NCBI GenBank assembly: GCA_051531975.1
Contig: JAOPTT010000014.1
Location: forward strand, 135,167-199,166
Direction of reading: 5' to 3'
DNA from: Spirochaetaceae bacterium
GTDB lineage: Bacteria > Spirochaetota > Spirochaetia > DSM-2461
DNA length: 64,000 nt
Below, piece after piece: positions 59,141 to 64,000 of this stretch. Both the position numbers and the translations under genes were made by a program. Numbering within the stretch: position 1 is the first letter of the stretch; each line of letters opens with the position of its first letter. Below the pieces are notes generated by a model that saw only the letters and a program-made list of their open reading frames with translations, was not told the DNA's origin and did not search any database.

Positions 59141-59680
59141 CTACTTAACACCAGTCTTTCCAACTTTTCGTTGAATATGCTCATCAGAGTATTTAATCCC
59201 CTTACCTTTATAAGGTTCAGGAGGTCTAAGACTTCTGATTTCAGCTGCAGCTTGACCAACTTTAGCTTTATCAATTCCAGAAACTTCAACTACAGTGTTT
59301 TTAACGCACTCTACTTTAACACCTTCAGGAATAACATATTCAATTAGAGTTGAATAACCTAAACTAAAGATAACACTGTTACCTTGAGCTTCAGCTCTAT
59401 AACCAACACCATTGATTTCAAGAGTTTTCTTAAAACCTTCTGATACACCAATAACCATATTGTTTAAAAGGTTTCTGTAAAGACCATGGAATGATTTTGC
59501 TGGCTTACTATCGTTAGTTCTATCAACATCTACAGAACCATCGCTAATTTTAAAATTAACTAAAGGTGAATAATCTTGAGTCATTTCACCTTTTGGTCCC
59601 TTTACTGTTAATAGCTCATTTTTAGCCGTTACAACAACACCCTTAGGAACAGTTACAGATTTTCTACCAATTCTAGACAT
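59141..59680 (-). CDS. rplF: 50S ribosomal protein L6
   Basis: MSRIG start (moved to 59680), GVGYRA and RPPEPYKGKGI. Confidence 0.97.
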   Translation of the reverse strand: MSRIGRKSVTVPKGVVVTAKNELLTVKGPKGEMTQDYSPLVNFKISDGSVDVDRTNDSKPAKSFHGLYRNLLNNMVIGVSEGFKKTLEINGVGYRAEAQGNSVIFSLGYSTLIEYVIPEGVKVECVKNTVVEVSGIDKAKVGQAAAEIRSLRPPEPYKGKGIKYSDEHIQRKVGKTGVK

Positions 59681-59690
59681 ATAACTCCCC

Positions 59691-60089
59691 CTACCAAACT
59701 TTACAGATAATCTCACCACCAACGTTTTGTTGTACTGCTTTTTTACCAGTAGTAACTCCGTTAGAAGATGAAACAATTACAGTTCCAAAACCGTTTAATA
59801 CCCGTGGCATGTCTTTATATCCAGAGTAAACACGTCTACCTGGAGTTGAAACACTTTTAATACCATTGATAACAGCTTTTTGATTATCATCATATTTTAA
59901 GAATACTCGAATAGAAGGTTTCTCATCAATTGAAACTTTTTTGAAGTTCTTGATGTAACCTTCATTCTTTAATATCTTAATTATTTCCAGCTTAAGCTTA
60001 GAAGTTCGAATATCAACTTTTTCGAACTCAGCTGAGCTGGCATTTCTTATTATAGTTAGCATATCCGCTACTGGATCTGAAACACTCAT
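59691..60089 (-). CDS. rpsH: 30S ribosomal protein S8
   Basis: [16 protein letters not shown] and GGEII motifs. Confidence 0.98.
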   Translation of the reverse strand: MSVSDPVADMLTIIRNASSAEFEKVDIRTSKLKLEIIKILKNEGYIKNFKKVSIDEKPSIRVFLKYDDNQKAVINGIKSVSTPGRRVYSGYKDMPRVLNGFGTVIVSSSNGVTTGKKAVQQNVGGEIICKVW

Positions 60090-60099
60090 TAATAAACTC

Positions 60100-60285
60100 C
60101 TACCAACTAGCCTTAGTTATACCAGGAATCATACCTTCGCTAGCTAACACTCTAAAACAAATTCTGCACATTTGAAACTTTCTCATGTACCCTCTAGGTC
60201 TTCCACACACTCTACATCTATTGTATCCACGTGTTTTGAACTTAGGAGTTCTCTGAGCTTTAACAATCATAGATTTTTTAGCCAT
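60100..60285 (-). CDS. rpsN: 30S ribosomal protein S14, short zinc-binding type
   Basis: 61 aa with NRCRVCGR...CRICFR and KASW. Confidence 0.97.
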   Translation of the reverse strand: MAKKSMIVKAQRTPKFKTRGYNRCRVCGRPRGYMRKFQMCRICFRVLASEGMIPGITKASW

Positions 60286-60296
60286 CTAATAATCTC

Positions 60297-60845
60297 CTAT
60301 TTCTTGAAAGGCATACCGAATAAAGTTAATAATGATTTTGCTTCTTCGTTTGTCTTTGCAGATGTAACGAAAGCAATATTCAGACCACTAACTTTTTCGA
60401 TCTTATCGTATTCTATTTCAGGAAAGATAATCTGTTCCTTAATACCTAAAGAGTAGTTTCCGTTTCCGTCGAAAGCTTTATCGTTAACACCTTTAAAGTC
60501 TTTCTCCCGTGGAATTGCAACAGAAATTAGTCTTTCCATAAACTCATACATTTTATTACCACGTAGAGTTACTTTAGCACCAATTAACTGTCCTTCTCTT
60601 AGTTTAAAACCAGCAATAGATTTTCTTGCAGCAGTTTTAACCGGTTTTTGACCAGTTATCAATGCCATTTCAGTAACCATTGCATCCAAAAGCTTTTTAT
60701 TATTTATTGCTTCACCAACACCGGCACTTACAACAATTTTTTCAAGTCTTGGAATTTGCATAACTGATTTATAACCAAATTCTTTATTTAATGCTTTTAC
60801 AATAGTTTTATTGTAATCAGCTTTTAGTTTAGGTACATATGCCAT
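60297..60845 (-). CDS. rplE: 50S ribosomal protein L5
   Basis: ITGQKP, FKLREG and FDGNGNY; start moved to MAYVPK. Confidence 0.97.
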   Translation of the reverse strand: MAYVPKLKADYNKTIVKALNKEFGYKSVMQIPRLEKIVVSAGVGEAINNKKLLDAMVTEMALITGQKPVKTAARKSIAGFKLREGQLIGAKVTLRGNKMYEFMERLISVAIPREKDFKGVNDKAFDGNGNYSLGIKEQIIFPEIEYDKIEKVSGLNIAFVTSAKTNEEAKSLLTLFGMPFKK

Positions 60846-61174
60846 TACAGTTTTTCCCCACACTTCTTACAAACACGAGTCTTTTCGTCAGCGTCAATTT
60901 TAACACCAACTCGTACAGGACCACATTTAGGACAAACAACTTTAACATTTGAAATTGCTAATGCTGCTTCTACTTCAACGATAGAACCTTTTTCACCAGT
61001 CTGAGGGTTTCCTTTTATTGTTTTCTTAACAATATTGATCCCCTCAACAATTACTCGGCCCTTTTCCTGGTCAACTTTTAAAACTTTCCCTGTTTTAGGG
61101 TTTTTCTTATTAAAGTCTTTTCCAGCAAGAATTTGTACTAGGTCGCCTTTTTTAATCTTATATTTTACAGCCAT
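60845..61174 (-). CDS. rplX: 50S ribosomal protein L24
   Basis: [18 protein letters not shown] motif, VEGIN and ISNV. Confidence 0.97.
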   Translation of the reverse strand: MAVKYKIKKGDLVQILAGKDFNKKNPKTGKVLKVDQEKGRVIVEGINIVKKTIKGNPQTGEKGSIVEVEAALAISNVKVVCPKCGPVRVGVKIDADEKTRVCKKCGEKL

Positions 61175-61182
61175 AAGTCCCC

Positions 61183-61551
61183 CTACAGTACCTCAGGAGC
61201 AAGTGAAACGATCTTCATTTGACCTACTTCTCTAAGCTCTCTGGCAACAGGTCCAAAAATACGTTTACCAACAGGTTCAAATTTATCGTCTAAAATTACA
61301 CAAGCATTATCATCAAATCTGATATAAGTACCATCTTTTCTTCTATACTCTTTGTGTGTTCTAACAATAACTGCTTTTTTAACTTCACCCTTCTTAATTC
61401 CAGAATTTGGTAAAGCTTCTTTAACAGCTACAACGATAATATCACCTACAGTAGCAAACATTCTATGAGAACCACCTAATACTTTAATACACATTACCTT
61501 TTTTCCACCGCTATTATCAGCAACGTTAAGGTAAGTTTGCATTTGAATCAT
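61183..61551 (-). CDS. rplN: 50S ribosomal protein L14
   Basis: [16 protein letters not shown] and SLAPEVL motifs. Confidence 0.98.
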   Translation of the reverse strand: MIQMQTYLNVADNSGGKKVMCIKVLGGSHRMFATVGDIIVVAVKEALPNSGIKKGEVKKAVIVRTHKEYRRKDGTYIRFDDNACVILDDKFEPVGKRIFGPVARELREVGQMKIVSLAPEVL

Positions 61552-61560
61552 AATTTACCC

Positions 61561-61818
61561 CTATTTCGCTTTTTCAACGATTTCAGTCATAGTCCACTTT
61601 TTGTTTTTACTCATTGGTCTAGACTCAATAATTTTAACTGTATCACCCATACCAGCTTCACTATTTTCATCGTGAGCCATGTACTTCTTACTTCTAGTTA
61701 CGTATTTCTTATAAAGAGGATGTAAAACTTTAGTTGTTACTCGAACAACTATTGTCTTTTCCATCTTGTTACTCTCTACGACACCTGTAAAAAGTTTTTT
61801 ATTTGATTTTTTTTCCAC
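61561..61818 (-). CDS. rpsQ: 30S ribosomal protein S17
   Basis: KMEKTIVV, HPLYKK and ESRPMSK motifs. Confidence 0.98.
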   Translation of the reverse strand: MEKKSNKKLFTGVVESNKMEKTIVVRVTTKVLHPLYKKYVTRSKKYMAHDENSEAGMGDTVKIIESRPMSKNKKWTMTEIVEKAK

Positions 61819-61828
61819 AGTCTATCTC

Positions 61829-62026
61829 CTAAGCCTTTTTGATACCAAGCTCAATTTGACGAATAACAGTGTTCATACGAGCTATATCTCTTCTGATATT
61901 TCTCTTTGAAACTGGATTCTCAACATGACCTAAAACCATATTAAATCTTAAATCCTGTAACTCTTTTTTAAGCTCATCTTTCTTAGCAAGACACTCTTCT
62001 AAAGTAAGGTTAGTATTTTTTTTCAT
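61829..62026 (-). CDS. rpmC: 50S ribosomal protein L29
   Basis: LRF...RRDIAR motif and operon position. Confidence 0.95.
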   Translation of the reverse strand: MKKNTNLTLEECLAKKDELKKELQDLRFNMVLGHVENPVSKRNIRRDIARMNTVIRQIELGIKKA

Positions 62027-62029
62027 ATC

Positions 62030-62452
62030 CTACCCCAGATTCCTTCTTTCTACGATCTTACATTTTACAGGAAGTTTACCTGCTGCAAGCTCTAATGCTC
62101 TTTTAGCAACCGCTAAATCAACACCACCAATTTCGAACATTACAGTTCCGTGTTTAACAGCCGCAACCCATTTCTCTACACCACCTTTACCTTTACCCTG
62201 ACGAGTTTCAGCTGGTTTCTTTGTATAAGGAATATGTGGAAAGATTCGAATAAAAACCTTTCCTTCCCTTTTACAATGTCTTGTAGATGCAACTCTGGCT
62301 GCTTCAATCTGACGGCTTGTAATCCATTCGTTTTCAGTAGAAACAAGACCAACATCTCCAAAAGATATTTTATTACCTCTTGATGCAGATCCTTTAGGAA
62401 TTGCTCTACCTCTATGAACTTTTCTATGTTTAACTCTTTTAGGACTTAACAC
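62030..62452 (-). CDS. rplP: 50S ribosomal protein L16
   Basis: [15 protein letters not shown] and GKGKG motifs. Confidence 0.98.
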   Translation of the reverse strand: MLSPKRVKHRKVHRGRAIPKGSASRGNKISFGDVGLVSTENEWITSRQIEAARVASTRHCKREGKVFIRIFPHIPYTKKPAETRQGKGKGGVEKWVAAVKHGTVMFEIGGVDLAVAKRALELAAGKLPVKCKIVERRNLG

Positions 62453-62453
62453 G

Positions 62454-63158
62454 TTACTTGCTCCTTGAAGGACGGCTTTCCCGCTGTTTTTTAACTAAAA
62501 GTCCAGCATCATCTTTTTGCTCATTACCATATACTTCACCATTGAAAACCCAAACTTTAACACCAATGGCACCATAAGTTGTTTCGGCTCTTGCGAATCC
62601 GTAATCGATATTTGCTCTAAGAGTATGTAGTGGAGTTCTACCTTCTTTTACCAGTTGCGTTCTAGCCATTTCAGCACCACCGAGTCTACCAGAAATCTTG
62701 ATCTTGATTCCTTGAGCCCCAGCACGCATAGCATTTTGCATAGTCATTTTCAAGACTCTTCTAAATGCAGCTCTACCTTTAAGCTGTTTTGCAACGTTTA
62801 ATGCAATTATTTGAGCATCAATTTCAGGTTTTTTAATCTCTTTGATTTTTATTGAAATCTTTTGAGATGTATATTTCTGAAGTTCTTTACCCAACTTTTC
62901 AATATTCGCACCTTTAGAACCAATTATCACACCAGGTCTTGCTGTATGAACCATAATAGTTACTCTTTGAGGTTGTCTGATGATTTCAACATCTGAAATA
63001 TCAGCACTTTTCCCTTCGTTACTATTTAATACAGCTGCTCTGATCTGTAAATCTTCATGTAAAGTGTTTGCATAATCTTTTGGATCTACATACCACTTTG
63101 ACTTCCAAGTTTTATTGATTCCAAGTCTTAGTCCGTAAGGATGTACTTTTTGTCCCAT
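62454..63158 (-). CDS. rpsC: 30S ribosomal protein S3
   Basis: MGQKVHP and [12 protein letters not shown] motifs. Confidence 0.98.
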   Translation of the reverse strand: MGQKVHPYGLRLGINKTWKSKWYVDPKDYANTLHEDLQIRAAVLNSNEGKSADISDVEIIRQPQRVTIMVHTARPGVIIGSKGANIEKLGKELQKYTSQKISIKIKEIKKPEIDAQIIALNVAKQLKGRAAFRRVLKMTMQNAMRAGAQGIKIKISGRLGGAEMARTQLVKEGRTPLHTLRANIDYGFARAETTYGAIGVKVWVFNGEVYGNEQKDDAGLLVKKQRESRPSRSK

Positions 63159-63524
63159 CTACTTATTCCCCTGCAACTTTTTCTCATCCAACACAACGTA
63201 GATGTGAGCGGATCTTTTTATTAATCTATCAGCTCTACCTCGTGATCTTGGCCAAATTCTTTTCTGACTTGGTCCAGCATCAACAAGTAGCTCTTTAACA
63301 TACAACATCTCTTCATCTAATTGATCATTCTGGAACATTGCGTTTGCTCCAGCAGATTGAAGAACTTTTCTTAGTAACTTTGCACTTTTGTTTGGCAATG
63401 CTTCTAATACTGCAACTGAATCAGTGTAAGATTTTCCTCTTACAAGATCAGCAACAGGTCGTATCTTAAAAGGAGACATTGGTAAACCTTTAGCTTTGGC
63501 GCTATAACCTTTTTTTGCTTCCAT
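63159..63524 (-). CDS. rplV: 50S ribosomal protein L22
   Basis: SPFKIRPVADLVRG and PRSRGRA motifs. Confidence 0.97.
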   Translation of the reverse strand: MEAKKGYSAKAKGLPMSPFKIRPVADLVRGKSYTDSVAVLEALPNKSAKLLRKVLQSAGANAMFQNDQLDEEMLYVKELLVDAGPSQKRIWPRSRGRADRLIKRSAHIYVVLDEKKLQGNK

Positions 63525-63535
63525 TTCTACCTAAC

Positions 63536-63811
63536 CTATTTCTTAGACTTCTTGTCAGATCCAGCGTGACCTCTGTACATTCTTGTAGGAGCAAATTCAC
63601 CGAATTTGTGCCCAACAAGATTCTCAGTTACATACACAGGAACCCAAGTTTTACCATTGTATACAGAAACAGTTAATCCAACCATATCTGGAACAATAGT
63701 TGATGTTCTAGAAAAAGTCTTGATCATCTTTTTATCGCCAGCTTTTGCAGCTTCAACTTTTTTATAAAGGCTTTTAGCGACAAATGGACCCTTTTTAATT
63801 GATCTTGACAC
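63536..63811 (-). CDS. rpsS: 30S ribosomal protein S19
   Basis: RSIKKGPF and [11 protein letters not shown] motifs. Confidence 0.98.
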   Translation of the reverse strand: MSRSIKKGPFVAKSLYKKVEAAKAGDKKMIKTFSRTSTIVPDMVGLTVSVYNGKTWVPVYVTENLVGHKFGEFAPTRMYRGHAGSDKKSKK

Positions 63812-63820
63812 GCTTTACTC

Positions 63821-64000
63821 CTATTTTCTTCGTTTGACAATAAATTTGTCAGTTTTGTTATGTTTCTTTCTTGTTTTGAAACCCTTCGTAGGCTGTCCCC
63901 AAGGAGAAACAGGATGTCTACCACCAGAAGTCTTACCTTCACCACCACCATGGGGATGATCTACAGGGTTCATTACAACACCCCTAACTTTTGGTCTTTT
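63821..64000 (-). CDS. rplB: 50S ribosomal protein L2, 3' end (truncated by the window)
   Basis: Manual translation gives [35 protein letters not shown]...KRRK*. Confidence 0.97.
   Translation of the reverse strand, partial: KRPKVRGVVMNPVDHPHGGGEGKTSGGRHPVSPWGQPTKGFKTRKKHNKTDKFIVKRRK

Noticed and set aside
53900..63951. Short antisense or off-frame ORFs overlapping ribosomal protein genes (and similar ones across the window)
   Set aside because: They fully overlap well-supported genes and have no recognisable motifs or RBS.

Overview
A 64-kb AT-rich bacterial chromosome segment, most likely from a free-living spirochaete (Spirochaetaceae-like). This is an inference from the spirochaetal-type lipoproteins, a CheY3-like paralog, the rpsK-rpoA junction without rpsD and an extended uL30. 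The right end (53.7-64 kb, minus strand) is the S10-spc-alpha ribosomal protein cluster from the rplB 3' end to rplQ. The middle holds core genes (argS, mnmA, tRNA-CAT, thrS, two tandem lnt genes, a sigma54/PspF-driven psp locus with two pspA genes) interspersed with accessory blocks. These blocks are exported lipoproteins (WD40, PEGA, DUF3857/transglutaminase, C13 and C14 caspase-fold proteases), an AIPR plus membrane-protein pair, and a ROK-MFS-VOC cassette between two DUF6765-like paralogs. The best finding is a regulatory architecture shared by both aminoacyl-tRNA synthetase genes and missing from the ORF track: sigma70 promoter, near-leaderless cognate-amino-acid-rich leader peptide (7 Arg before argS, 8 Thr before thrS), antiterminator/terminator attenuator, then a tandem pair of a conserved ~37-nt structured motif ending one base before the Shine-Dalgarno sequence. 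Also notable are an exported, phosphorylation-dead CheY-like protein with a DAVSGAS flavinylation-type motif, a decayed WD40 gene copy interrupted by a serine hydrolase gene, and a membrane protein with a long acidic tandem-repeat tail. No CRISPR array, integrase or intact transposase was seen. All family calls come from motif recognition, not database searches.
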